DNA from: Chara braunii
Taxonomy: Eukaryota; Plantae; Charophyceae
NCBI GenBank assembly: GCA_003427395.1
Contig: BFEA01000002.1
Span: forward strand, 2,122,100-2,176,010
Length of the DNA stretch: 53,911 nucleotides
Direction of reading: 5' to 3'
Positions 10,876 through 23,080 of the stretch are shown piece after piece. Made by a program: the position numbers and the translations under genes. Each line of letters opens with the position of its first letter. The stretch's first letter is position 1. The notes under the pieces are model-generated. The model worked only from the letters and a program-made list of their open reading frames with translations, was not told the origin of the DNA and did not search any database.

Positions 10876-12312
10876 ATGTCGGTTCGCGTGCGGGTTCAAC
10901 AGAGGCGTAATACCTCGCGTGCCCCCTATGATACAGCGAACGAGAAATGCCCTCGGTTGGCCTACGCGGGGATACGCCCACCGAAGGGAGGTGACAACTC
11001 CCGTGAGGTGAAGGTAAGTCATGCCTCGCGTAGGCCCTGTCCTGTCATAGGGGCTCACGAGAGGTATGGCTGGCGCACTCGGCCGGAGCAGCTTGCGGAA
11101 CGTATATTCGCGACGAGGATTTAGACCAACCCTTGCGTGACGCGGCCGAGAGGGTCCCGCGCTGCCTTGTGCGGTGCCGGACCGATGCGCTCGACAACGC
11201 TCCGAGCATAACAATATGATAACGATGAAGCCAGTATCAATGTCCCCACTCGATTGGGCGGAGACGCGCACCATTGGTTTAGCATGTACACGTGGATTGA
11301 TGTTCCGACGTTCGAAAGAGATTTCTTACACCGATTTGACTATATTCATCCCGAACAGGTATTCTTCCTAATCAAATATCGGGTGCAGAAGCCGCTTTAA
11401 TCCGTAGCAGAATACCGAAGTCGATTCTACCGATTATTTATCAAATCACAGAGGGAAGAGACGGTTGGTAAGGAATTTTTCATCGACCGACTCCAAAGCC
11501 GAGCAATAAGGGTCAAATTGCGAAAGCAATTTCTGCCCATTACCCACAATTTACAACAAATAATGGATATCGCCGAGGAAATGGAGCGAAAGTTCGCTGC
11601 CAACTTCCTCAAAGGCGAGGATCATGTTAAAGAGGGGGATACGTCCGAACTTATACGAGCACAAATGGAGCTCGCTGCGCTGCAGAACAAATTCGAAAAC
11701 ATAGGCTTTGTCGCAGGACCCGCCACCTACCTGGAGCCGGTCGGGGTGCAGAAGTCAATGGCCAACATTACCATCGGACCACCTGTTATGGCGTCTCCGG
11801 CTCCCCCATCCTTGAAGGCCGAAGAACCCAACGCTATCCTAGAGCTAACACGAACATTGGTAAACCTCATGCAGGAAAGTAAGAGGGAACAACGAGAATA
11901 TAACGCCCGAATGGAAACACTACTCCGCTCGATGCGCCCCATTACGGTTCGAGCTACTCCCATGGGAACGGGGGACGCACAGGCAGCAGGTGTTGTCGCA
12001 ACCGGAACAGGGGCACGAGTCAACAGTTGCTACATGTGTCACCAACCAGGACACATAGCACGAGACTGTCCCAACCGACCTGCACCAGCCCGGATCGGAC
12101 CAGCGCCAGCGGCCGCAGCACCTATTGCTAACGGACCAGGAAGGGTAGCTACGATGGTAGAAGCGACCGACAGCGGTGCAGGCCCATCGGGGGTTACGAA
12201 GGAAGCCGCAGAGTTTATCGCACTCGACCAATATATATCGCTAGGATACCCGAGCCTCGGAATGATCGGGGCTATCCAACCTGCCCCTGACAATAACGAG
12301 GTCTCAGAATGA
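10876..12312 (+). pseudogene. gag: Gag with retrotransposon-gag domain and CCHC zinc knuckle, with in-frame stops
   Basis: One frame joins ORFs 10855 and 11518: LGGDAHHWF..FERDFLHRF..QKPL*SVAEYRSRF. Zinc knuckle CYMCHQPGHIARDC. Confidence 0.88.
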
Positions 12313-14789
12313 AGGCCCTCCCCGAGTGAAATGAAATCCGGAGGACCCGCGTTCGTTACGGAAGAAATCGATGTACTAGATATAGTGCGAGCACTGGATC
12401 ACCGCATCCCCCTACCGATTGGACACTTCTTGTCCATTTCCGAGCAAGGCAAACCGAAGACGGTTTGCCCTCGCCAAACTAACAGCCGCAAACGGAAAGG
12501 CCCCCGCCAAAGATCCGAAGTCGGATGAGCCGAGCACCTTGGAACCCGTTCGGATGGGCCTGATTCGAAAAGATGATCACTTCCTACGGATCAGGACCCT
12601 ACCATGGAGATCCGCGGAGTGTGACGTGGAAGTCTAGGGCAACCCCTATAGTGCAGTCCTCGACTCCGGAGCCGCGGTCCTGGCTATCTCCCTGCGGGTG
12701 GTCGAACAGGATGGAAGGCGGAAGGATGTGATTCCACTCGCAGAAGGCGATCATTTCGTCTCCGCTGATGAAGGTGAGATTCGAGTTGTCGGGAGGATGG
12801 CAAATGTCGCCTTCCGAATAGGAAAGGTCCACGCCTTAGGCGACGTAGTGGTCCTAAACGTGAACACGTACGATGTCCTCGTCAGATTGCCAGCATTCAC
12901 TGCCTTGCAGGCCACGCTGGACTTCGAGCGACGAGCAGTCATCCTCAAAAACACGGGAGGGAAGCAGTACACTGTTCCAATGTGCCTTACCCTCCGAACC
13001 ACCTCGACATTTGAGCGACAACGCCAAGAACCAGGTAAAACCCTACGAATGATGAGATGGCAAGAATCCATAGATGAATTGGACATTGAACCCATACCAC
13101 CATCATCCACCTCCGAGAGCGAGGAAGAAACGAATCCTCAAATTCTCGAGCTGGCACGGCAGATAGTACACTACCCGCTTTGACAAAAAACGACAAAAAC
13201 TTTCGTTTTTACAGAAAACATGCGGCGAACTAAAGCGCTAATTATGGGAGAACCGCTAGTGCATATATCTAGACTGGCCGACTCTTGGGAACCCCCTCGA
13301 ACCATATATGAGGCGGCCACTCCATTATTGCCAAGATACCATGACAAACGGTCCTTTTGCAATGTCTCGAAAATTCCTCCTAGTTCGTTGCTCACAACCG
13401 GGAAGGAAATCCGAATGTTATGGAAAGGCGCCGAGGACTGGACTTCGGAACCCCCTGGGCTATACGACCTCGTCCCGTTTGATATTGGACTGAAAATCAC
13501 GGAGAAAGTCGTGGACCCCTGGGATATCAAGGATGGTATTATCCCGGAGGAACACGTGGCAATTCGAGAAGAGGAAGCTCAGATGGTCACCACGGTCTTC
13601 TCTTGGCGCTCCGATAATCCGTTTATATCGTCCCCACCCAGAAAGAAGACCCCTGCTACCCGGATGAAACAGTTACCGGTCGTGATACGGGACTGTCACT
13701 ACGAACTGCACGTGCCAGAGTATGTGCCGGATGAGATACACGAAATCATCTCTAACATTTTGACGAAATATCAGGATGCGATTAGTGTAGAGGATGCGGA
13801 CATCGGATTGTCCCTAGTCATACATCACGAGATCCAGACTGGCNCCCNCCCGCCGATTCACTGTAAACCGTATTGATATTCGTTGATTGAAAGACGAATG
13901 ACCCTGGAGCGGATCAGGGAATTCGAGGCCAACGGATGGATTGAGCCCGCTACAGGACCGTGGTCTTTCCCCGTGGTCTTAGTCCCCCTAAAGACCGGAT
14001 TCATTCGCATTTGCATCGATTACTGAAAATTGAATGATATCACGATCAAAGATGTGTACCCCCTCCCTCGGATTGATGATTTTCTGGATGCGATTGGGTG
14101 TGCTAACTATTTTAGCAAGTTCGACATCCGCCACGGGTTCCACCACATATTGGTTAAGGAAGAGGATCGTCCAAAAACGACATTCGTACTGTTCGAAGGC
14201 ACGTGGCAATGAATTCGATGTCCTATGGGGATTTGCAATGCTCCGGCTACGTTCCAAAGAACGATTGAACGTGACTTTTCAGAACTTCGTTAACAAGACC
14301 CGGCTGACACAAGGAATGGTGAATTTTTGTGTCATCGTGTATATGGACGATATCCTGGTATACTCATACTCTTTTCACGGGCATGCGCAACATATCGAGT
14401 AGACATTTGGAGCGCTGCACGATGAGGGCTTTAAAATCGCCCTGGAGAAAAACGAGTTTTTCCTTTCGGGAATCTCGTTCCTCGGGTACATGGTGACTCG
14501 GGGAGGCTTACGACCAGACTCTCGGAAGGTGGACGTTGTTCGAGACGCGCCCACGCCCACGTCGCTGACACAGGTCTGAGCCTTTCTGGGTTTGGCGTCC
14601 TACTACCGCCAATTTATCAAAGGTTTTGCGGCAATCGCACGGCCTTTGACGAATCTTTTGCGCAAGGACCTTACCGCTAACCTGGGATGGGAAATGTGAA
14701 CGGGCCTTCTCCACTTTGAAGGAGGCCCTGGCCTCCGCGCCCATCTTTTAGTTCGCCTGGATCCTGGGAAGTCGTTCATCCTTATCAGT
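12313..14789 (+). pseudogene. pol: Pol: aspartic protease, long linker, reverse transcriptase, start of RNase H (frameshifts and stops)
   Basis: Protease SAVLDSGAAV at about 12650. RT motifs PWSFPVVLV, CIDY*KLN, YPLPRIDD, FSKFDIRHGFHHI, YMDD, FLGY and [12 protein letters not shown]. Confidence 0.93.
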
Positions 14790-15422
14790 GAGCGCGCTCG
14801 GAATTTTGTTCGACAGTTAGGAATTCCGGAATCAACGGAACGCGGCGCAACCTTTCGCGCACGAATGTTCTCGGCCTCGCCATGGAAGACTCTAGGAATT
14901 TTGTAGAAATATGGATAGGCGTTGGACTTTTTTTCTTTTCCCACGTCTACTTTTCGCGCTATATGGTGATTTCAATTTTTGAATTAGCGTAGGATTGGGA
15001 AAAACTGCACCTGTTTCGGTGCCCATTCTTCTTTTGCTGTTCGGCGCCATGCAAACGACCTCCCTCCTCCTTCTTTCCTGCGCCCCTCTCAGCGCCTTAC
15101 CTCGTGCGCACATGCTTTCTCGCCCTCTCCCCCTGTAACTGTTTTTCTTTCTCCCTCCCCGCGCGCGCCCTTTTTCTCCTTCTTGATCATCTGAATCTTG
15201 GACCCGTTTCGCGCTATCCTTCGCACTCCTCTTCTTCCCGCTCCAAGAACCGTGCTCGAAAAACCCGGTCGATCCTCTCTTCCCATCTAGCCAAGGAGAA
15301 GCGCCGTGTAAGAGAAGATTCCCACTACGCAACGATTCTGATTGGCTGAGATCGAGTTGTGAGGGATCAACATGGCTTTCAACGGGCGATTACTCTCAAG
15401 CCCTCCCTTACCCTCCTCTACC

Positions 15423-15830
15423 CTACTCTTCATCTTTCCCCGCATCTCTCTCCCTTCTTGCAACTATAAATTCCGCCAGCGCATCCGCAAATCTCTCTCT
15501 CAACTCGTCAGCCAGCGTCGGGGAAGCAGTGGCTAGATGATGTGTGTATAGTGCGAGTCGGAAAGTCCTGATGGGCCAACTGAAGACTGGCCGACTGTGC
15601 GCTAGATCGCCACGACAGACTGTGGGATCCGGGCAAGCCACGTCGAGGCTAAGTTGGCGGGGTGACGATCGCAGTGGTGGATGGTGACATGCGGCGGCCG
15701 AGATCGTCGGTGCATGAATGAGGATGAGTGATCCGAGTTGAGTGGATGACTGGCCCAGGGCCATGTTGGAATTTGGTGGCGAGTACGCCCCCCCCCCTTG
15801 TTGCGAATCCATTCTTTGGTGTGAGCTCAT
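15423..15830 (-). CDS. Antisense ORF of cassette B, unknown function
   Basis: 135-aa ATG ORF. The C-terminal ADALAEFI (gcgctggcggaatttata) matches LIALAKFI (gcgcttgcaaaatttata, minus strand at about 1522-1539). Confidence 0.35.
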   Translation of the reverse strand: MSSHQRMDSQQGGGAYSPPNSNMALGQSSTQLGSLILIHAPTISAAACHHPPLRSSPRQLSLDVACPDPTVCRGDLAHSRPVFSWPIRTFRLALYTHHLATASPTLADELRERFADALAEFIVARRERDAGKDEE

Positions 15831-16662
15831 GGCGGTAAAGCCGAACCTTCTTTGCTTTTCCCGATCTCAATGTAACTCTTCCCTCATGGCTTGATATTCC
15901 CGCTTGTCTCGTCCTCCCTCCTTCTCTTCTCTCACTGATATGAATAACTGTGCATGATGAGTCAATTTTTTGCTTATGGAATGAGCATTTGTGAATGTGT
16001 GCTCGGAAGAACCTCCGAAACTCTTCCATTAGTTTTTTGGGTAATCCCTGGACCTACTGAGAATTGATCGTCTTGTCTTGTGAACGGTGGATGCGCGTGT
16101 AGCGACCATCAACGATCTAACGGGATTGTGATTACTTGCCTTTGACAGAACAAGGCAGGGGTATTGCATGTCTTCCGTCTTCGCACCTTCCACAGTGAAT
16201 GTATGTATGGGATGGAAATGATCGAGCACGAAACTCGTCTTGATTAGGATACTGTCCGGACAGATCGATGACAGGGGCAGTGTCGTTGGGATTTTGTTCG
16301 AGAATGCAAGAGCGTTCGGATCTATTGATGTTGTGATTACGTAAGAATACCCCGGGAGCTGCCGTTCGGGACCCGCCGCCTATGCCATTTGCCTTATGTT
16401 GCACAACATATACAGCATACCCTCGTAGGATAATGAGGGACCCCAAAGCCACGTGCGATCGGTACACGTGAACAATGGCCGCGTCTCACCACACATGAGT
16501 TTTTGTCTCTCTCTCTGAACTTTCCTTTCCTTCTTCGTTCTTAGGAATTTTTTTTCTGCCTTTCTGATTGCATCGATAGGTTGTGTGCTTTTTTTTTTAC
16601 TAGTATCGATTCTGGGCCTACGATGAATGACTGAGGATATCTTTGGCGCCTGATTGATTGCC

Positions 16663-17037
16663 ATGTGGACTGACGGGCTGAACCCGACTAGGCGCCGGCC
16701 TCCCGTATCCCCACCTCGCCCTTTCCCGTATAACGAGGAAAAAACGCGCGTGTGTGAGTGGGACGTACGAGAAGTCGTCGCAAAGATCGGTGGGCAATAT
16801 TACTTCCCTCCTGAAAATCGGTGTTCTGGGTTTGTCGGTGTTGGGTTTGTCATTATCGATACGCACTTCCCGCCATATTCGTTGTTACTACCGTTTAACG
16901 AGTTGATCGTCATCCCGTGGTCGGCAGTTTGGCCTAAAACTCTGTGTAGTGATTGCCAACGCTTCGATCACTACCAATCAAAGGGCTTCCACTACCGAGT
17001 AAGGAATGAGGACGAGCATAAAGAAAGGGCCGCGTGA
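16663..17037 (+). CDS. Uncharacterised ~124-aa CxxC-containing protein (cassette B), paralogue of 2601..3119
   Basis: ATG at 16663. Shares the G-x-V-x-I...FPP-xx-LLLP...PW...W-xx-T-x-CxxC...Y...GF motif with 2601..3119. Confidence 0.7.
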   Translation: MWTDGLNPTRRRPPVSPPRPFPYNEEKTRVCEWDVREVVAKIGGQYYFPPENRCSGFVGVGFVIIDTHFPPYSLLLPFNELIVIPWSAVWPKTLCSDCQRFDHYQSKGFHYRVRNEDEHKERAA

Positions 17038-17639
17038 CTAAGGCCGTCCACGTCAGATTCGGAACTGTGCAACGTGCGGCGTCGGGAGTTAGTCCGAAAA
17101 CGATATACTAAGTACGTGCCCGCTCCCTTTCACTCCAAACGAAGAGCCGCGGCTCGGTGGGAGGTTCGACAGTATTTTCTGGATTGAATTCGAACTTTCC
17201 CGCGTCACGAATCCCGCGCGCACTCCTTCGTAACCAGCGTTGCAACCGACCGGTTCGCTTACTTCATCAGACCAACACGGGGGATTTCAGTTCTGTCTGT
17301 GTCCCCACACTCAATTTCCCAAAAAATCCTTGGCACACCCCATCTTGCTGTTTTTCAGGGCCCCTTTCCGCACCCTTATTACTCCGAACGGAAGACAGCG
17401 CGGGGCGTGAGGTTGCGCGTCACACGTGAGGCTTGGTAGAGATTGGGCATTGGGGTATAGGGTTGAGGCAGATAGGGTTGGGCCGCTGAAAGGCACCAAG
17501 GCAGGTGTTTTTCTCGGTCTGAATTCTCCTTTGAGCCAAGGTTCGAAAATAAAAGGGCCCTTTGAATTTAGTACTGCATAGATGTTTAGTTTCTTCCATT
17601 AGCCCTTTCGAGGCTGTTCCATTAGTACTCGGTGCAGTT

Positions 17640-17818
17640 TGTTCTCAGATTGTTCTCAGCCGAAGCGGGGTAATGGCCCCGGTGCTTTAATACTTGTGTA
17701 TTTTCATATCGGACGCTGGGCCCGGTTCCCAGCACGTGCTGCTCCCCACGAATAGATTGGAGCATGTTGTTCCCCCCCCCCAAAAAAAAAAAGAAAAAAA
17801 GAAAAAAGAAAAAAAAAG
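17640..17818 (+). mobile_element. 3' end of a non-LTR element with an A-rich tail
   Basis: Similar to 24310-24538 (ttgttctcag.cgaagc.gggtaatgg.cccggt ... gcccggttcccagcacgtgctgctccccacgaat), followed by an A-rich tail. Confidence 0.75.
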
Positions 17819-19749
17819 GAAGAATTGTTGGGGTTTTGTGTGGTGTTTAGGAAATCAATCATCAAGTCATTGGGAGTTTTGTCAGAAGTGGAGAAAGAGG
17901 AGGGTTTAAGCCTTGTATTGATGCAGCAGTCACATAAAAAGGCATGTGCGTTTTGCATTTTTACTCTTTTGCTAGACTGGAGCCATCACAATGGCAAATC
18001 CACAGTCCGGGTGGTTCACTCACTACCACTGGGATGTAGCGCTTGCACCTTGATCTTTAAATTTAAAAAGAACAAAATCCTCGGATTTCAGAAAAAAGAA
18101 AAGAATATGAGCTGTGGACAAATTCATTTAAAAAAAAAAAACACAACGCATTTGCTCACAGACACATCCACCTTGCCTAGTTGAATAAATTTGTGCTGCA
18201 GCTGGGCCCAACTGGGGCCAGGTGGAGGCTGCCTCGCTGGGCCCAGCTGCAATCCGTCCCACTACTCGACAAATCTGAAATGGGCGAGTGTATCTTGGTT
18301 CCAACATCACAAGATACTTTCTCGTTTTCACATTTGACAAGTGGTGAAGCAAGGCCTTCATGCTGTGTTTCCTCACATCAAATCAGAGTGACACAGAGAT
18401 TCTAAAATACACGTCATCCATTCCTTGGGGCCATGCCCTTGGGGGCAGTCAAAAGCATGGTAGGGGCACGATCAGACAGAGGAAGGATGAGAATTTCAGT
18501 GAGTTGGGGGAGTGGACAGTCAAGGTTGAGAAGTGCTGTAAATCTCACAGTCAGAGTGGAACAAGTTTGGTAGGGGAATGGGAAAGGGCGGATCACTCCG
18601 AGGGGAAGGATATGATAGGGGTTTAAGGATATGATAGGGGTTTAACGGGACACTGGGGATGACTTAAGGATACAGCAGGGGTTTCAGGAAACACCGGAGG
18701 AAGGACTGGACTCTTTAATCGCACACCTTTCACATTCACTCAGATACAGGCACACAGGCTCATCATACAGATACAGAACTCACATCTCACATTCTTGCAC
18801 TGATACCTAACACGTCATTCACAGTAACTCACAGAAACTCGACCTTGCACACGCACATGCAGTCCATCACACACAACTCACATCTTAAACACTGACAGTT
18901 ACTATCCAAACAGTCCCATGACACTAGCATATCAACAAAAGCAGACGCGGACAGTACACCTTTTCACGGCTGCAATATAGAGAAATAGGACCTCTAAAGG
19001 AGGATAGAATGGGAACGACACAGACAGAGCACTGGCCCTGCGATTGCCCAGACTGTACAAGCAGACCACACACGTATGCTCACTCCTTTTTTTTCTTTTC
19101 TCTTTTTTAAATCCCAGGTTGTTGTAAAAGCCGGACTCTGGACACACGGGGTTACTGCCACAGCTATTCGCTGTCCTGACACTCCGTTACGCTCCGCAAG
19201 ACCACCTCCCTACCCATCCTCTCGGCAATTCTCCTTGTGCATCCCTATCCGTGCTATCCTACCTCAGTATTGAGTGCTCAGGACTATCACCATGCTGGGC
19301 AACTTGGAACAGACAGTTCGCAGCCAGGAGGCTGCACTTGTGTGGGTTCCATTTTCGTCGTTTCATGTTCTTTCTATTTTCGGTAAGGTCATGTAGTACA
19401 GCTTCGCTAGGACGGGTTCGTTTGGGGTCTCCGACAGCAGAAAATAGGGTCCGGTCGCAGTCGTCCTTAAGCCCGGTTGTAGGGCAGGTTATCTTGTCAA
19501 GGTCGTTGCAATTTAGTATAGGGCACCTTCCATTGTTTCCCTTTTGAGGGATAATAGTTTTTTCCCAATTGCAAACTGGCGGCGGGCGATTTGAGTCTGG
19601 GTGGGCGATTTGGGTCTGGGTCGTTTCCGCTTGTGTTTTTTTTGCTCTTCTACTGCATCTTCCCAGAAGTACAGTATCGAAGCAGTCTGCTCTTTACTAA
19701 GACCAAGTAACCAAATCTACAACGGACTGCCCTGCCTCGTTGGCAGGTC

Positions 19750-22068
19750 TTTTTTTTTTTTTTAAACACGCACCCCCGCCAGTATTAGTGCTGCTGGTAA
19801 GAGCAGACACCACTAACACCTGGGGAGAGGCTCCATCTATTAGTGGGGAGCATCACCTGCTGGAAAACGGGTCCAGCGTCCCTTGAAAGAAACATGTCTT
19901 GAGAAGATGAGAACAGTGATTTGTGAGATCTGCCAGCATTGATTGCCCTGCAACCCAGGGGATTGACTGAGCAGATCCTGTGTAATATCCAGTAAAATAG
20001 CCATGTGTGAGCATGCAGGGCAGCCAAATCTCTTATGTATCTCTTCACCCTTATAAAAGGGCGTCAGATAAAACGCTAGGGACTGGTGCTAATCAGAGGA
20101 ACCGCCCACTCCAAAACCATGCTTAGTTGCAATCAGTTCCGTCATGCTCAATTGCTTTTAGAATACTCAAAAGATCCGCATTGACTACTTTTTTTGAGCT
20201 TGGACTACATCTTGACACACAGTTGTGGGATCCTGCCAGCATTGATGACCCTGGGGTCCAGGGGATTGATTGAGCAGGATACTGAAGCCGGGGGGACCTC
20301 TTCACCTTGAGTCAGGCGCCCGATATACATCTACATGCTAGTCCCTACTTCCTTTGTTCAACAAGTACTGTAGATACTGGGGCCTGTCCTCCCAGCCATA
20401 TCTTTAGGTAGACCGGCCAGGTGTGAGGGGGGGATGGGGAGGCAGGTTCTGCGTCCAGGGGGCGACTGGGGCAGAGACCTAGTCCTCCTATTCCCTTCTC
20501 CATCCTGACCGATCCCACCCTGATTGAGATGGGCGGGCACCACAGTATCTCAGCCAAACCAGCTCAGCTCGACTAAGGTATTGTGTGATGGGGGGAAGAG
20601 ATCAGGGAACTCAGAGGCCGGGGGAGTGATGTCGCTGGAGATTTCAGTCCATTTGTGGAAAAACAATCGATAATCCTTCTGAGATTTATCTAGGCGATCA
20701 TTGCCATCCAAAAGCCAGCCATCCCATTGTATCCATGCAATCCGTCCCCACTGTTCCCCCCCCAACCAGTCTATGCAGAATTTGTTTAGCTTTTGGGTAA
20801 TGTCAGCTCTTTTTGTGAGAGCTCTCATTTCTTGTTCCTTCTTCTTCCACTGAGCTCTGATTACTGTTTCAATCCTGTCTTTGATCATTTCCGATGTTTC
20901 GCCACTTTCAACATAGGCATTCTCAAGTACTAGGATGCATCTGCGTCGCCAAATGGCCCATAACACAGCTTCCCTCCCAATCCTAAATAAGTTGGATGTG
21001 AAGGACGAGGATTGGGCAGTCCAGTGACCGGTTAGCAGGGCTCTCCATTCCCATGGCCAGTCTCTGTCTGTGTCTAAATGGGTCCAGACCCGGACCCATC
21101 CGCGCCATGTAAGAATAGAGGCGGGGCACTGCAGGAAGAGGTGCTCTATCGTCTCGTTGATCTTTCGAGAGGGGAAACCTTCCTTGCATGCATGGCACCA
21201 AGGGAGAGCCATCCCTTTCTGCTCCAGGTGGGTATGATCAATGAGCCATGCATTCGTTGGGAGGCAGCGATGGTTAATCTGCAATTGAAGCGACACAACC
21301 TTGGCTGGCTTATTTTTCACCTCTTTGAACCATTTAATGGGTTTCAGGTATTCCATTGGAACATTGAGGTGTCGTGCCCAGCGATCAACGATGCGATCTT
21401 TAAGATTTAGTCTAGTCTTGAGCATCCGTTAGGTCGCTTTAACTTCTAGTGTATGGAGGTACCGGTATTTGGGTCTTCCGTTTCTTGTTGGAATCTTCCA
21501 TCTTCATCCCGCTATGTCCATGGGAAGATCCTGTATTGGCACCTCTGGCCAGAATGCCACCCAGGATTCGTTTACGCTTAGGACTCTTACTCTGTGAAGG
21601 GTCTTAACATCGATCCAGAAGACTTCATCCGACACCCCTCTGATCAGGTGATTTTGTTGTATTCGATAAAACAGGTTTACCAACACCTCCCCCGGTCTAA
21701 CTGTTATTACTTGCCCCGCCCGGGTTGCATCGCCTCTTAACACCACCCAGTCTCCTTCCTCTACAGTTGGCCCCCGCCGAAGAGTCCGCACCCATGCGAG
21801 TGGAAGGGCAAAGAGGATCTGGTCTAGTCTTTCCCCAACTTTGTGGCATTGGGGGAGCTTCTCTCTCAGCTGCTCCTCTGAGAACCAGTCATTCTTGGAC
21901 TGGTCCCATAGGTGCCCAATTCTTGTAATTCCGTTTTTCACCCATCCATTCCACGGGCTACATGAGCTGAGAAACACCCTCCCATGTCGATCCGTTACCC
22001 AGCGATTCCCAAAAAGTGGTTGACGAGCAACTTCTTCCCACCTTTCCGGATCGTTGGCAGAACTTACT
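19750..22068 (-). mobile_element. 5'-truncated L1-clade LINE (ORF2 C-terminus, 3' UTR, poly(A))
   Basis: T run at 19750-19763 and terminal motif at 19837-19882. ORF2 pieces EEVARQPLFGNRW, WVKNGITRIGHLW and a zf-RVT-like domain. Confidence 0.88.
20550..22060 (-). pseudogene. L1 ORF2 C-terminal region including the zf-RVT CCHC domain
   Basis: HRCLPTNAWL..CHAC..ETIEHLFLQCP..W in ORF 20550..21425. ORF 21504..21977 lies upstream. Confidence 0.88.
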
Positions 22069-22871
22069 AAGAAAAGAAAAAGAAAATAAAAACATGACTT
22101 TCAGGGGGGGGGGGACGTACTTTTTTTTTTTTTTTTTTTTTAAGTCCATGGTGTTGTAGAGGCCAGTCACTGAGTGCACAGTGATCACCTGGAGCTGTCG
22201 GTCGTGGGTATCCTGGATTATGAGACCACCTCCCATCCCATCCTCACGTCAATACTCCTAGCGCACCCCCTATCCCACTATCCAACCTCAGTGTGACCAG
22301 CACTCAGAACCGTTACCCTACTAATGGGCAGGCAACTTGGACCGAACAGCAGTGATCTGAAACCAACAAACCACAGAGCCTTGCAGTGGCAGACTATCCA
22401 CAAGTGTCTTCCGACACCGAATTGGTTGACCTCGAGGACTGACATCGAGGAAAGAGGGGAGCTCTCCCCCATGTGCACATACTGTACACATTCCCTTCCT
22501 AGAAAGAGGGTCACCCTGGAGCACTGCTTGCTGGAGTGCCCGATGGTAGCCCAACTTTGGAGTTGGTGGGATGCTGCCTGACATTATTTAACAGACAAAC
22601 ATCTGTCGTGGAACACCCGCACCCTATTGCTGGGTGTTCCGCCCTAGGGAGGCATTTCCATGGACGCCCTTTATGGTCAACCTCTTCTCCTACACCAAGT
22701 TAACAATCCTTATGTAGGCCTGGAGAATGCGATGCTTGTTTCAAAGGAATCAGCACACGTTCGGTGTCATGCAGGCACGAATAGCAATAATTGACTCAAT
22801 CACGGCCAAGACACAGCAAGCCCACAAGGAGCTAGGGGAGATGCTAAAAAGTGAACAGGATCAAACTAAAT

Positions 22872-22906
22872 ATCATCATCATCATCATCGTCATCGTCAT
22901 TACCGA

Positions 22907-22948
<42 letters not shown>

Positions 22949-22949
22949 T

Positions 22950-22989
<40 letters not shown>

Positions 22990-23080
22990 ATTTGTAATCA
23001 TAAGGGTTGTTGGTGCTGCTCTTTAGTATGATCAGCATCATCACTCTCTCTTCATTCTCATCATTATCATCATCATCATC
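22872..23080. repeat. (CAT)n microsatellite region
   Basis: Long imperfect CAT runs, which explain the poly-His and poly-Met ORFs. Confidence 0.95.

Larger units (their letters stand above)
10876..14789 (+). mobile_element. Ty3/gypsy LTR-retrotransposon coding region, decayed and truncated at the start of RNase H
   Basis: Order gag-PR-RT-RH, with the motifs listed in the gag and pol features. No LTR pair identified. Confidence 0.92.
14790..17520. mobile_element. Divergent second copy of the accessory-ORF cassette (cassette B), abutting the truncated pol
   Basis: Collinear with about 1100-3400: basic antisense ORF, antisense ORF with ALAEFI (vs ALAKFI), sense CxxC ORF, and the downstream aaatccttg.cacacccc..gggcccc..actccgaa..gggcgtgaggttg..cacgtg block. 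Boundaries are approximate. Confidence 0.6.

Noticed and set aside
22727-23044. Poly-His and poly-Met proteins
   Set aside because: Translation of the (CAT)n microsatellite.
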